Below are positions 36,278-45,568 of a stretch of 64,000 nt of DNA, piece after piece. Position numbers and translations under genes: made by a program. A model generated the notes under the pieces. It did not search any database and had not been told where the DNA came from. It was given only the letters and a program-made list of their open reading frames with translations. The stretch comes from an uncultured Pseudomonadales bacterium (GTDB taxonomy: Bacteria; Patescibacteriota; Microgenomatia; UBA1400; PJMF01), in contig CAYOQI010000002.1 of assembly GCA_964406075.1 (NCBI GenBank), forward strand, positions 96,565 to 160,564. The letters run 5' to 3'. Each line of letters opens with the position of its first letter. Position 1 is the first letter of the stretch.

Positions 36278-38149
36278 ATGTTTAGAATGAAAAAACAATC
36301 AAACAACACCCTTCTCTTCATAATTAGCGCTTTTACCTTTCTTTCAATTTCCTCTTTTTTCATTTACTCAAACTTGAAACATTTTATTGTGAATGCGCAA
36401 ACTGGGCCACGATTAGCGATCATGAGTGATAGTACTTCGGATGAATACAGAGCAAATGATAATAGAGCCGGCGGAACGCAATACGCAGCCACGACCCTCT
36501 CTTGGGGTGAATTACTGGTCAATGAGAGGAATTTCTCACTGGGTTCATGGGGAACAAGAACTGAACCACGCCGAACTGGCTATGAGTACAACTGGGCAAG
36601 AAGTGGAGCAACTGCTCGCAGTGTCATCACAACGAACGCTCACACCGGCATCGCAGGACAAATACAAACAGGATTAATTGATGTCGTATATTTCCAGATT
36701 GGGAATAATGACTTTGCATATTACAACGAAGGCCATAACATCTATCACGGTACTATTGCCGGACAAGCACTTCAAACAAAAATCGATAATGTGATCGCTG
36801 ATATTACTTTAGCACTCGATACGGTACTCGTTGCCAATGGTGAAACCAAAGTTGTTCTCGGAACAATTCCCGACATGGGGAATGCAGCCCATTGGAGAGC
36901 ACTCTATCCTGATCCCGTAAAACGTCAGCGCGTTACAGATGCAGTCACACAAGTGAATACTGCAATTATGGGCTTGGCTAATTCTAGAGAAAATGTCGTA
37001 CTATTTGACATGGATGCATTTGGACTCTCTCTTCTATCGAGACTGGATGCCCAAGGCAACCTCGTTGTCGGTGGCGAACTAATTTCCATGGTGGTAAATG
37101 GGCATGAACCACATCATGGAATTCTTGGCGATAATATCCATGGTGGTACAGTTATTAATGGCTTAATAGCTAACGAAGTAATTCTCAAAATAAATCAAGC
37201 ATTAGGAACCACAGTACCAATTTTCAGTGATCAAGAGCTATTAACTAATTCAGGTATCATTGTTCCCACTTCTACACCAACTCCTACACCAACAAGAACA
37301 CCTACACCTATTCCTTCTCCAACAAATACACCGGACCCCACTCCTACATTAACTCCAACACCAACCCCTGGTATTGGCGGTGAACCTACACCCACTCCTT
37401 CAGAAATTCCTACTCCTACTCCGACATTAACCCCATCACCATCACCGACGAATACTCCAAGCCCATCTCCTACTAATACACCTACACCGACTCCATCACC
37501 AACTCCAAGTCCTACACCGAGCCCAACGCCTTCACCAACTAATACCCCAACTCCAACACCTTCAAACACGCCAGTACCTACTCCAACTCACACACCGGTT
37601 CCAACTCCGACTTCAACACCATTGCCAACCAATACACCCACTCCAGCACCTACGAGCACTCCAACACCAGTTCCAACTAGTACACCTGCTCCTGCTGTGA
37701 CATCCCACACACCTATGGCCTACCAGATTTCTGGTGGATCATACATTTCAGGAGCTTTTTCATCCCTGTTTACAAATGATAATGTCTACTTAAGAACTCG
37801 AAGTACAAGAGCTGGATCTCCCAGAGTAGCTCAGACAGAGTTTGGATTTAATACTTTAGGAGATAGAAATACAATTACCCAAATGACAATTAATGTCATT
37901 GTAAAATCTAGTGCATCGTCCACAAGTACACGTCTATATTTGTATAACTTTGTCTCAAATGTTTGGGAGCAAAAAGATTCCTATACTATAGGTACGGCTG
38001 AAGTCAGTAGAGCAATAACTTTAAGTGGAAATTCAAATATTAGTAAATATGTCGATCCAAATGGTCAATTTGGTATTCGGGTAAGTACCAGTCGTTCATC
38101 GAATTATGAAATGTATCATGAGCTAGCCACAGTTCAGATCACTCGATAA
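36278..38149 (+). CDS. Secreted SGNH/GDSL-family hydrolase with Pro/Thr-rich linker and uncharacterised C-terminal beta domain
   Basis: N-terminal TM/signal, SGNH-like blocks ([29 protein letters not shown]), about 145 aa of PT repeats, then a C-terminal domain of about 150 aa. Start could be ATG 36287. Confidence 0.7.
   Translation: MFRMKKQSNNTLLFIISAFTFLSISSFFIYSNLKHFIVNAQTGPRLAIMSDSTSDEYRANDNRAGGTQYAATTLSWGELLVNERNFSLGSWGTRTEPRRTGYEYNWARSGATARSVITTNAHTGIAGQIQTGLIDVVYFQIGNNDFAYYNEGHNIYHGTIAGQALQTKIDNVIADITLALDTVLVANGETKVVLGTIPDMGNAAHWRALYPDPVKRQRVTDAVTQVNTAIMGLANSRENVVLFDMDAFGLSLLSRLDAQGNLVVGGELISMVVNGHEPHHGILGDNIHGGTVINGLIANEVILKINQALGTTVPIFSDQELLTNSGIIVPTSTPTPTPTRTPTPIPSPTNTPDPTPTLTPTPTPGIGGEPTPTPSEIPTPTPTLTPSPSPTNTPSPSPTNTPTPTPSPTPSPTPSPTPSPTNTPTPTPSNTPVPTPTHTPVPTPTSTPLPTNTPTPAPTSTPTPVPTSTPAPAVTSHTPMAYQISGGSYISGAFSSLFTNDNVYLRTRSTRAGSPRVAQTEFGFNTLGDRNTITQMTINVIVKSSASSTSTRLYLYNFVSNVWEQKDSYTIGTAEVSRAITLSGNSNISKYVDPNGQFGIRVSTSRSSNYEMYHELATVQITR
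37265..37700 (+). repeat. Coding low-complexity Pro/Thr ([10 protein letters not shown]...) tandem repeat region
   Basis: Degenerate ACN-CCN repeats inside the SGNH gene. The GV-rich antisense ORF 37231..37569 mirrors it. Confidence 0.9.
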
Positions 38150-38167
38150 AACACTTTTCTTTTTAAT

Positions 38168-39268
38168 TTAAATATGTCGAATTACTTGCTTAAGTTCTTC
38201 TGTACCGTCTGAATTTTTAGCAGACACAAAGTATGTTTTCTCTTCAGAGTATTTTGATTTCAATTCAGCAATCTTCTCTTGTGAAGTCATGTCAATTTTA
38301 TTGAAAACGAGTGAAATCGGTTGTGTTACCTGTAAATCTTTTAGAATATTTTCTACTGTTTCCTTTTTTTCTTGAATTCTAGCATCAGCCGCATCTAGCA
38401 CATGGAGAATTAAATCTGCTTCCAACGATTCCATCAATGTTGAATGAAACGAATCAATCAAGATCGGAGGTAAATTATCAATAAACCCAATGGTATCTGA
38501 AATAAGGACGGGTACATCTCCCTGAAGCGGTTTCATTTTCCCCAAAACACTATCCAACGTTGTAAAAAGACCTTTATAAGTAACTTTACTTTTTTTAGTA
38601 AGGGTATTAAAGAGTGTCGTTTTCCCAGCACTGGTATAACCTACTAATGCTACCGTTTTAATTCCTAACCGTTTCCTTTCTCGAATTCTGCCCTCTCTCA
38701 TTTTTATTTGTTGAGATAATCGTTTTTTTACTTCTTGAGTACGTTTTTTCATTAATCTTCGTTCCCGCTCACTGTTTGTCTCTCCTAGACCACGAGTACC
38801 AATTCCTGCACCCTGACGAGATAGTACAGTGCCCCCTAGACCGTAAATTCTTGGTCCTAAGTGTTGTATGCGAGCAAGTTCTATTTGGAGTTTTGCTTCA
38901 GTCGTCTCTGCATGTTGATCAAAAATGTGGAGAATCAAGTCAACTCGGTCCCAAACTTGTATCCGTGTATTTACCTTCCATAATGCTTGTTCAATACGAA
39001 AAAGTTGACCCGATTTAGCAATATTATTTATCACTACCACATCAATCTTTTTTTCTTGAACCGTTTCCTGCAACCATTCTAGTTTTCCTTTTCCGATAAA
39101 TGTTGCCGGATGAGGATGGACACGATGTTGAAGTGATTTTTCAATCACATCTCCTCCAAAAGTATCCACAAGATGTTGAAGCTCTTGCATATTCTCCAAT
39201 GCCTCATCATGTTGGTACTGAGGATTAACAACTTGCAAAAGCAGAAAACGGAAATTGGAATGTTTCAT
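38168..39268 (-). CDS. hflX: GTPase HflX
   Basis: HflX N-terminal domain plus G-domain GYTSAGKTTLFNTLT, DTIGF, NKID. ATG 39268 has TATCAT 7 nt upstream. Confidence 0.9.
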   Translation of the reverse strand: MKHSNFRFLLLQVVNPQYQHDEALENMQELQHLVDTFGGDVIEKSLQHRVHPHPATFIGKGKLEWLQETVQEKKIDVVVINNIAKSGQLFRIEQALWKVNTRIQVWDRVDLILHIFDQHAETTEAKLQIELARIQHLGPRIYGLGGTVLSRQGAGIGTRGLGETNSERERRLMKKRTQEVKKRLSQQIKMREGRIRERKRLGIKTVALVGYTSAGKTTLFNTLTKKSKVTYKGLFTTLDSVLGKMKPLQGDVPVLISDTIGFIDNLPPILIDSFHSTLMESLEADLILHVLDAADARIQEKKETVENILKDLQVTQPISLVFNKIDMTSQEKIAELKSKYSEEKTYFVSAKNSDGTEELKQVIRHI

Positions 39269-39327
39269 CAAATGTATGATAACAGGAAAATCTTACCTCA
39301 ATGAAGATAAGGTCGCAAATCAATCAT

Positions 39328-39408
39328 CTAGAAAAGTTGACTGATTACCCACAGTGCTACTAATAAGCTGGCCGGGACTCCTAGAATCCATAAAACAAGG
39401 TATTTCAT
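39328..39408 (-). CDS. Candidate 26-aa hydrophobic peptide (not in ORF track)
   Basis: Own translation: MKYLVLWILGVPASLLVALWVISQLF, a single TM. It sits between hxlR and hflX on the same strand. Confidence 0.35.
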   Translation of the reverse strand: MKYLVLWILGVPASLLVALWVISQLF

Positions 39409-39482
39409 ATATATAAATTATCGTTATATGTTGAAAAAAAAACTTCAAGTGTGAATAAGAATACGGTAAGACTCACGATTCG

Positions 39483-39806
39483 TTATGAACTGTCTGGATA
39501 GTACTTCTCTCCCCACTCTGCCATTTGTTCTAAAATCCCTGCAAAATCTTTTCCTTTGCGAGTTAAAAAATACTCAGAATGAGTATCAGCTTCCGTAACT
39601 TGTTTTTTTTCTACGACAGAACAATCTTCTAATTTTGAAAGTCGTTGAGACAATGTCCGAGGACTGATTCCCACTAAAGAATGTTGAAGCTCATTGAACC
39701 GCTTACTTTCAGTATATAAATCACGAATAATCAAAGCGGTCCATTTATCGCCAATGATTTCAAGCGCAGCTTGAATACATCCTGGTTTTTTTTCAATTTC
39801 TTTCAT
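39483..39806 (-). CDS. HxlR (DUF24/YodB-like) family redox-sensing transcriptional regulator
   Basis: N-terminal Cys in KPGCIQAALEIIGDKWTALIIRDL and wHTH FNELQHSLVGISPRTLSQRLSKLE. ATG 39806 is preferred over TTG 39815. Confidence 0.85.
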   Translation of the reverse strand: MKEIEKKPGCIQAALEIIGDKWTALIIRDLYTESKRFNELQHSLVGISPRTLSQRLSKLEDCSVVEKKQVTEADTHSEYFLTRKGKDFAGILEQMAEWGEKYYPDSS

Positions 39807-39832
39807 AGTTCTCAAACTATACTTTTAATAGT

Positions 39833-39849
39833 ACTTTACATTGTAAAGT
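39833..39849. promoter_or_regulatory. Perfect 8-1-8 palindrome, candidate HxlR operator
   Basis: ACTTTACA-T-TGTAAAGT in the 102-nt divergent hxlR / FMN-reductase spacer. Confidence 0.55.
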
Positions 39850-39866
39850 TAGTGAAGTAGTATCAA

Positions 39867-39881
39867 CTATACAAAGTATAG
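39867..39881. promoter_or_regulatory. 6-3-6 palindrome, second candidate operator
   Basis: CTATAC-AAA-GTATAG. The half-site AACTATAC also occurs at 39815..39822. Confidence 0.4.
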
Positions 39882-39908
39882 CATATTTATAAAAACTTAG
39901 GAGAGAGT

Positions 39909-40475
39909 ATGTCACTTAATATCGGAATTATCTTAGGAAGTACCCGCCCCAAACGCGCAGGAGAAGCCGTTGCTAAATGGTTCATGGAGCAAACAAAGGA
40001 ATTAAAAGAGGTGAACTTTCAATTTATAGATCTTCAAGAACTTAACTTACCGTTCTTGGACGAACCTGTTCCACCACTTGTTCACCAATACTCAAAAGAT
40101 CATACACATAGTTGGGCAAAAACAGTCGAAAAACTTGATGGTTTCATTGTCATCACACCTGAATACAATCACAGTTTTTCTGCAGTATTAAAGAATGCTT
40201 TAGATTTTCTTAATGCAGAGTGGAATAAAAAACCAATTGCATTTGTGTCTTACGGTGCGGTCAGTGGTGGTATACGTGCTGTTGAACAACTCAGACTCGT
40301 CGCAATTGAACTTAAGATGGTTCCTATTCAACCTCAAATCTCAATCACTTCTATTTGGGCAGCAATTGATGATAAAGGAAATATAAAACCTGAAAACCTG
40401 AATGGTGATCCACTGAAGCTCACAGAAGAATTATTGTGGTGGGCAAAAGTATTGAAAGATGCTCGATCAAAGTAA
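39909..40475 (+). CDS. NADPH-dependent FMN reductase
   Basis: 188 aa with the flavodoxin-like N-terminus IGIILGSTRPKRAGEAVAKW and ITPEYNHSFSAVLKNALD. SD GGAGAG. Confidence 0.85.
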   Translation: MSLNIGIILGSTRPKRAGEAVAKWFMEQTKELKEVNFQFIDLQELNLPFLDEPVPPLVHQYSKDHTHSWAKTVEKLDGFIVITPEYNHSFSAVLKNALDFLNAEWNKKPIAFVSYGAVSGGIRAVEQLRLVAIELKMVPIQPQISITSIWAAIDDKGNIKPENLNGDPLKLTEELLWWAKVLKDARSK

Positions 40476-40498
40476 AGTAGTAAAAGTTGTGTAAAATG

Positions 40499-40530
40499 AA
40501 AAACCAGGATGAAATATTCTTGGTTTTTTT
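40499..40530. terminator. Bidirectional intrinsic terminator between convergent genes
   Basis: AAAAA-CCAGGA-tgaaatat-TCTTGG-TTTTTTT (one G-T wobble). Confidence 0.7.
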
Positions 40531-41146
40531 ATAAAGAAATTCCCAAGTATTTAATAACATCGTTTAGTTCTTGCGGTGATATTTCATGTCCAGTTGAATA
40601 CTCTTTGATCGACAACTGAGCTTTTGATTCAATAAGAACATCAATTAAATCTAAACTCTGCTCTTCGGAAATCATTTGATCATCGAATGAATAACTCATG
40701 AATATTGCGTGTTGTTTCAGAACCATATCAGTTGGCAAAAAAGGCAACATTGGATGAAGGAGTACTAAATTTTGAATCGCTTCTGGATACTTAAATACCG
40801 TAGCAAGCAACATATTTGCGCCATTGGAGTATCCTAATCCAAATACTTTTGTTGATGAAAGTGAATGTTCTTTTTTCCATGCTGAAATAAATGCATGGAA
40901 TTTTTCACTTTCAATTTTTATACTAGTCTGATCAAAAACACCTAAAGACAGACGTTTAAAAAATCTCGTCATTCCTTGCTCAACCACATTACCTTTTAAA
41001 CTCACTAAGTTATACTTTTTCTCCAGCAAGTCATCGAAAAAAAGCATGTCTTGTTTACTTCCACCAGTGCCATGCAAAAGGAATAAAGTGTTGTCGGCTT
41101 TATTATCAACAAAGGTGTAATCAAAAAGTGTTAGTGCATCGTTCAT
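40529..41146 (-). CDS. Alpha/beta hydrolase, phospholipase/carboxylesterase family (MhqD-like)
   Basis: LFLLHGTGGSKQDM and nucleophile elbow GLGYSNGAN. ATGA overlap with the upstream dioxygenase gene. Confidence 0.8.
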   Translation of the reverse strand: MNDALTLFDYTFVDNKADNTLFLLHGTGGSKQDMLFFDDLLEKKYNLVSLKGNVVEQGMTRFFKRLSLGVFDQTSIKIESEKFHAFISAWKKEHSLSSTKVFGLGYSNGANMLLATVFKYPEAIQNLVLLHPMLPFLPTDMVLKQHAIFMSYSFDDQMISEEQSLDLIDVLIESKAQLSIKEYSTGHEISPQELNDVIKYLGISL

Positions 41147-42081
41147 ATGTTTAATGATGGTAAATTTAATTCAATATCTTTTCTTTGGTTTTCTAAAAAT
41201 GGAGGTAACGCTAATTTTTTTCCTAACTCTGACTCTTTTTCATCCGCAGTAAATCCTGGACCATCGGTTGCTATCTCAAACAATATCCCAGCTGGAGTTC
41301 GAAAGTACACAGATTTGAAATAAAATCTATTAATTACTTCAGTTGGGTAAAGTCCCAACTCTAAAACTTTATCTCGCATAACTAACTGTTCTTTTTCATC
41401 TTTCGCTCGAAATGCAATGTGATGCACAGTCCCAGCCGCGTTAAATCCTTGCGAAGCTGATGGATCTTCTTTAATTTCTAAATGCGATGCTCTATTTGAA
41501 TTTTTAATTTCATATAGGAAAGTATTGTCTTCTTTTTCTATAAACGTGTATCCAAAAACATAGAGTAAAATTGACGAAATCATGGTTTGACTCGTAACAG
41601 AAAGGGTCGTTGAGTAGAAATTTCGAATAGCTTGTTCTTTGGTTACTTCTTTAGTTGTCCATATATCACTTGCATTATCTAAGTCAGCTGGTGAAATTCC
41701 CACCAACTCTAATTGCTGACCATCACTATCAAAAAAAACTATTCTTTTCTTTCCAAACTGGGTAATAATTTCTTTTTGTTTAATTTTGAGCGTCTCAAAT
41801 CTTTTTTTCCAAAATGGTAATGAATCTTCAGGAACAGCCAACGAAATTTTTGTCACTAAACCATTGCCATTCTTTCCTTGCATTGGTGGTCTAAATATGA
41901 AGAAAGTTAAATCCATTCCTGGATGTCCCAGTTTATCACCAAAAAAAAGATGATATGTTTCCACATCATCTTGATTGACTGTCTTTTTTACTAGGCGTAG
42001 TCCTAAATGCTGAGAATAAAATTCTACATTTTTTACAGCATCAGAAGCAATTGCAGTGATGTGATGAATACCAGTTGTCAT
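41143..42081 (-). CDS. Ring-cleaving (hydroquinone/catechol) dioxygenase, two-domain VOC family (MhqO/MhqA-like)
   Basis: 312 aa with GIHHITAIASDAVKNVEFY and a second VOC module GTVHHIAFRA. Confidence 0.8.
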   Translation of the reverse strand: MTTGIHHITAIASDAVKNVEFYSQHLGLRLVKKTVNQDDVETYHLFFGDKLGHPGMDLTFFIFRPPMQGKNGNGLVTKISLAVPEDSLPFWKKRFETLKIKQKEIITQFGKKRIVFFDSDGQQLELVGISPADLDNASDIWTTKEVTKEQAIRNFYSTTLSVTSQTMISSILLYVFGYTFIEKEDNTFLYEIKNSNRASHLEIKEDPSASQGFNAAGTVHHIAFRAKDEKEQLVMRDKVLELGLYPTEVINRFYFKSVYFRTPAGILFEIATDGPGFTADEKESELGKKLALPPFLENQRKDIELNLPSLNI

Positions 42082-42091
42082 ATGTTGTGAA

Positions 42092-42126
42092 TAAAAAAAT
42101 ACTACCCATTTGGTAATGAGTAGTAT
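42092..42126 (-). terminator. Rho-independent terminator of the DEAD-box helicase gene
   Basis: Minus strand ATACTACTCATT-ACCA-AATGGGTAGTAT forms 12 bp with one G-U, followed by TTTTTTTAT. Confidence 0.8.
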
Positions 42127-42147
42127 ATCAATTTTTTTTATTTAAAT

Positions 42148-43323
42148 TTATGAAATAAAGGTTAAGGCTGTTCCACCTTTTCCTGCTCGACCAGTTCTTC
42201 CAATTCGATGTACGTAATCTTCGTAGTTTTCTGGTTCATCAAAATTGATGACATGAGTAACACCATCAACGTCGATTCCACGAGCTGCGATATCTGTTGC
42301 GAGTAATGCTTTGACATGACCACGTTTGAAATCATCAAGGGATCGTTTTCGAGCGCCTTGGGACTTATTACTATGGAGTGCGGTCACTTTAACGCCATAT
42401 CGAGTTAAGTGTTCTTCGAGTTTGTTGATGCCATGTTTGGTTCGCCCAAACACAATAACACGTTCAAACTCTTCTTTTATTAACATTTGATAGAGAACTT
42501 CTGTTTTATTTTCACCAGGTTTGATTCGCACAATATCTTGAGTGATATGTTGATTTGTTTCATGTGTTTTCACACTCACCCGTGCTGGATCACGTAAGAA
42601 AGATTTCATGATTTGCTCAACTTCTTGATTTAAAGTTGCACTAAAGAAAGCAGATAAGCGCTCTTTTGGTAACTTAGAAATTAAGAATGAAATATCTTTT
42701 CGAAATCCAATATCTAACATGCGATCAACTTCGTCTAAGACAATGTTGGTGAACATATTGATATCAAATTTTCCACGTTGCATAAGATCTTTGATTCTTC
42801 CTGGAGTTCCAATCACAAAATGTGGATTATCTTTCAAATCAAAAATTTGTCGACTAATGTTCGCTCCACCAATACACAAACAAACACCAATTGGAAGTTT
42901 GTACGAAAACATTTTGAACTCTTCGTAAATTTGATATGCAAGTTCACGAGTTGGAGCCAAAATTAATGCACCTTGTGTTTGGTCTTGAAGAATTTTATGA
43001 ATTAAAGGTAAAAGAAAAGCGGCGGTTTTACCTGTACCAGTGTTGGCAATACCAACAATATCTTTATTCTGCATCAATACTGGAATAGCCTGATCTTGAA
43101 TAGGTGTTGGGGTGGTATACCCATGTCGGGTAATATTTTCAACAATCTGCGCATCAAGTCCAAAGTCAGAAAATTGATTTGTACTTTGATACTCTTCTTG
43201 TTTTTCTGGCAAGACAGCCGCGTTGATATAGCGCTCACGTCTAATGTTTGAACGCTTAAATGTATAATTTGATTGAGGACGTGCACGAAATGATCGAGGA
43301 CGACCCGAGAATGATCTGTTCAT
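42148..43323 (-). CDS. DEAD-box ATP-dependent RNA helicase
   Basis: Q-motif, AxTGTGKT (ANTGTGKTAAF), PTRELA, DEVD, SAT, HRIGRTGRAG. Confidence 0.93.
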   Translation of the reverse strand: MNRSFSGRPRSFRARPQSNYTFKRSNIRRERYINAAVLPEKQEEYQSTNQFSDFGLDAQIVENITRHGYTTPTPIQDQAIPVLMQNKDIVGIANTGTGKTAAFLLPLIHKILQDQTQGALILAPTRELAYQIYEEFKMFSYKLPIGVCLCIGGANISRQIFDLKDNPHFVIGTPGRIKDLMQRGKFDINMFTNIVLDEVDRMLDIGFRKDISFLISKLPKERLSAFFSATLNQEVEQIMKSFLRDPARVSVKTHETNQHITQDIVRIKPGENKTEVLYQMLIKEEFERVIVFGRTKHGINKLEEHLTRYGVKVTALHSNKSQGARKRSLDDFKRGHVKALLATDIAARGIDVDGVTHVINFDEPENYEDYVHRIGRTGRAGKGGTALTFIS

Positions 43324-43396
43324 ATTTGGATATTACTAACTGCGGAGAGAATCACATTATTCGTGATCTGCACGAATTTCAAACCGAAGAACATGT

Positions 43397-43405
43397 AGTA
43401 TAGCA
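43397..43405 (-). promoter_or_regulatory. Extended -10 box TGCTATACT for the DEAD-box helicase (predicts a ~65-nt leader)
   Basis: Minus strand reads CTGCTATACT, about 74 nt upstream of the ATG. Confidence 0.45.
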
Positions 43406-43467
43406 GGAGTGTCCGTATAAGTCAAAGAAAAGGCTATATGTGGCTCTATCAATCTTAAAAAGAGTTT

Positions 43468-44004
43468 TCACCGTTTCTTTTTCTTTTTCCCTTCTTCTAT
43501 TAAACCTTCAATATCAAGTTGCCCACCTCCAAAAGCAAGATATCCATCTTTATCAAGTGGCCACTCTGATTCCGGCCGATCCCAGTACAGCTCTAGCCCA
43601 TTGTCATCTGGATCTCGTAGATACAGTGCTTCATGGGTTCCATGATCATTGACACCTTCAAGTGGCCATTTGGCAGTCGATAATCGGATAAGTGCATCTC
43701 CGAGTGAAGTTCTGTCAGGATACAGAATAGCGATGTGGTACAAACCAGTTGTGCCTTGAGGAGATGGAGTCCCTTTTTCAGATTCCCAAGTGTTAAAAGC
43801 TAAATCGTGATGATATCCGCCAGCAGAAAGAAATAAAGCATTGGACAAACGCATCACCACATCAAATCCCAAAACACCGACGTAAAAGTCATACATTTTT
43901 TGAATATTCGAAGCCTTCATATGAACATGTCCTATTTGGACTTGTGGATCAATGGGATTCGAATTTTTCTCTCTGGGTTTCAATTGCGAGTACGGTTTAT
44001 TCAT
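43468..44004 (-). CDS. VOC-family protein, catechol 2,3-dioxygenase-like (CatE/COG2514-like)
   Basis: IGHVHMKASNIQKMYDFYVGVLGF, GGYHHDLAFNTW, LYHIAI, EALYLRDPDDNGLELYWD. Confidence 0.8.
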   Translation of the reverse strand: MNKPYSQLKPREKNSNPIDPQVQIGHVHMKASNIQKMYDFYVGVLGFDVVMRLSNALFLSAGGYHHDLAFNTWESEKGTPSPQGTTGLYHIAILYPDRTSLGDALIRLSTAKWPLEGVNDHGTHEALYLRDPDDNGLELYWDRPESEWPLDKDGYLAFGGGQLDIEGLIEEGKKKKKR

Positions 44005-44031
44005 AAAAAAATTTACAGTAAAAAGAACAAT

Positions 44032-44856
44032 CTACTTGAAAGTATCACAACTCGAAAGTTCTCCACTTTCATACCCAGTATTAAACCAGGTGACGCGCTG
44101 TTCTGAAGAACCGTGCGTCCACGTTTCTGGATTCACTTGTCCGGTCACCGATTCTTGAATTCGATCATCTCCAACCGCAGATGCTGCATCAATCGCTTCC
44201 TGGATCTCTCCGGCTTCAAACACTTGTTGGTCTTTAATGGAATTTGCCCACATACCTGCATAACAATCTGCTTGAAGTTCCAGCTGAATTGACAACTCAT
44301 TTGTGTTTCCTTGTCGACGAACTTGATCCATCGTTCCAAGCAAGTGTTGAACATGGTGACCAACTTCGTGTGCAATCACATAGGCTTCCGCTACGTCTCC
44401 ACCTTGAGCTCCAAACCGCGTTTCTAACTCATCAAAAAATGTTTCATCAATATAAATAGTTTCGTCCAATGGACAATAATGTGGTCCAACGTCTGAAGTT
44501 GCAGATCCACATCCAGATTGTGTAGCAGTTCTGAATAATACTAAAGTCGGTGGTGAATACGTCCGATTATTTTGATTAAAGACAGAGGTCCATACGTCAT
44601 TATTTGACCCAAGTACGGTGGAAGCAAAAACCTCATACTCATCTTCACCATCAAATTCTTGAGTGTTCACAACCTGGTTCTGTTGAATCGGTAAACTTTC
44701 TAATTGGGTCAGCACGTCTAAAGGATTGCCTCCCAATAAATAATTAGCGACCAACAGAAGAGCAACTCCACCAATACTTAAACCACCCATGACAGGAGCA
44801 AACCCACGTCGGTCATCAACTTCCCCTCTGCTAGAAATTCTTCCCCAATTAGCCAT
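44032..44856 (-). CDS. Neutral zinc metallopeptidase (YpfJ family)
   Basis: N-terminus MANWGRISSRGEVDDRRG, one TM, HEVGHHVQ. ATG 44856 has TACAAT 6 nt upstream. Confidence 0.85.
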   Translation of the reverse strand: MANWGRISSRGEVDDRRGFAPVMGGLSIGGVALLLVANYLLGGNPLDVLTQLESLPIQQNQVVNTQEFDGEDEYEVFASTVLGSNNDVWTSVFNQNNRTYSPPTLVLFRTATQSGCGSATSDVGPHYCPLDETIYIDETFFDELETRFGAQGGDVAEAYVIAHEVGHHVQHLLGTMDQVRRQGNTNELSIQLELQADCYAGMWANSIKDQQVFEAGEIQEAIDAASAVGDDRIQESVTGQVNPETWTHGSSEQRVTWFNTGYESGELSSCDTFK

Positions 44857-45022
44857 AAGAGTATTGTAACTAAACTCACCAGTAACCAATATATGATTCT
44901 AAAAAGATTTAACCAGTTCTAAAAGATAAATAGGTAACGACTGAGTAAGCGATTTTTCCGAAGCTGATTTAGTACTCAACTTTTTTATGTTACTCTATAT
45001 GTAGTATAAAAAAAGGAGTGTT

Positions 45023-45463
45023 ATGGCAAAAGACGTAAAAACAATCACCGATCGAAATCCTGGAATGATGTTCGTCCTTTCATTTTTTCTGGTTTCTGCA
45101 GTAAATGCAGTTGTTTTTTATCTGGCAAACATGTGGTTTCCCCAACAAATTGTAGTTGGCACATATAGTTTATCTTTTGCTTGGGCGATTCTATTGAGCT
45201 CAGGTGCACTTTCATTATTTACTATCCTCATTTTACCTTTCTTAAAAGAATGGGAAATAACTCAAAAAAGAGACATGAAACCTGCTGAAATGATGGGTGT
45301 CTATTTGGTTATTAATTTTGTTGGACTATGGTTACTTACTCGATTCTCAGAAGTGTTTGGGATTGGAGTTCGTTCGTGGCTAGTTGTACTCACCTTAGCG
45401 GTAGTCTTGGATTTCCTTCAAGGCATGGTCATGATGCAAGTTGAACAAATGAGAAAGAAGTAA
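45023..45463 (+). CDS. Four-TM membrane protein (hypothetical)
   Basis: 146 aa with strong SD AAAGGAG. Confidence 0.6.
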   Translation: MAKDVKTITDRNPGMMFVLSFFLVSAVNAVVFYLANMWFPQQIVVGTYSLSFAWAILLSSGALSLFTILILPFLKEWEITQKRDMKPAEMMGVYLVINFVGLWLLTRFSEVFGIGVRSWLVVLTLAVVLDFLQGMVMMQVEQMRKK

Positions 45464-45568
45464 AAGTCGTTCCACGCGCTAACCGTTCATTTTTGCAATC
45501 TTCGCTTGTTACTTTTAATATCTTGAGGAGATAGAATTTTATTCTAACTTTAACTGAATAAATGATTA

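Noticed and set aside
37231-37569. 112-aa minus-strand Gly/Val-rich ORF
   Set aside because: It is a mirror-frame artefact of the Pro/Thr (CCN/ACN) repeat in the SGNH hydrolase gene, with no start context.
37265-37700. Possible CRISPR or tandem-repeat array
   Set aside because: The periodicity is 6-nt degenerate coding repeats (PT/PS) within one long ORF. There is no repeat-spacer structure and there are no cas genes.
42099-42126. ATACTAC...GTAGTAT inverted repeat upstream of the dioxygenase operon as a second HxlR operator
   Set aside because: It extends to a 12-bp stem followed by a U-run on the transcribed strand directly after the DEAD-box helicase stop. An intrinsic terminator is the simpler explanation, although a dual role cannot be excluded.
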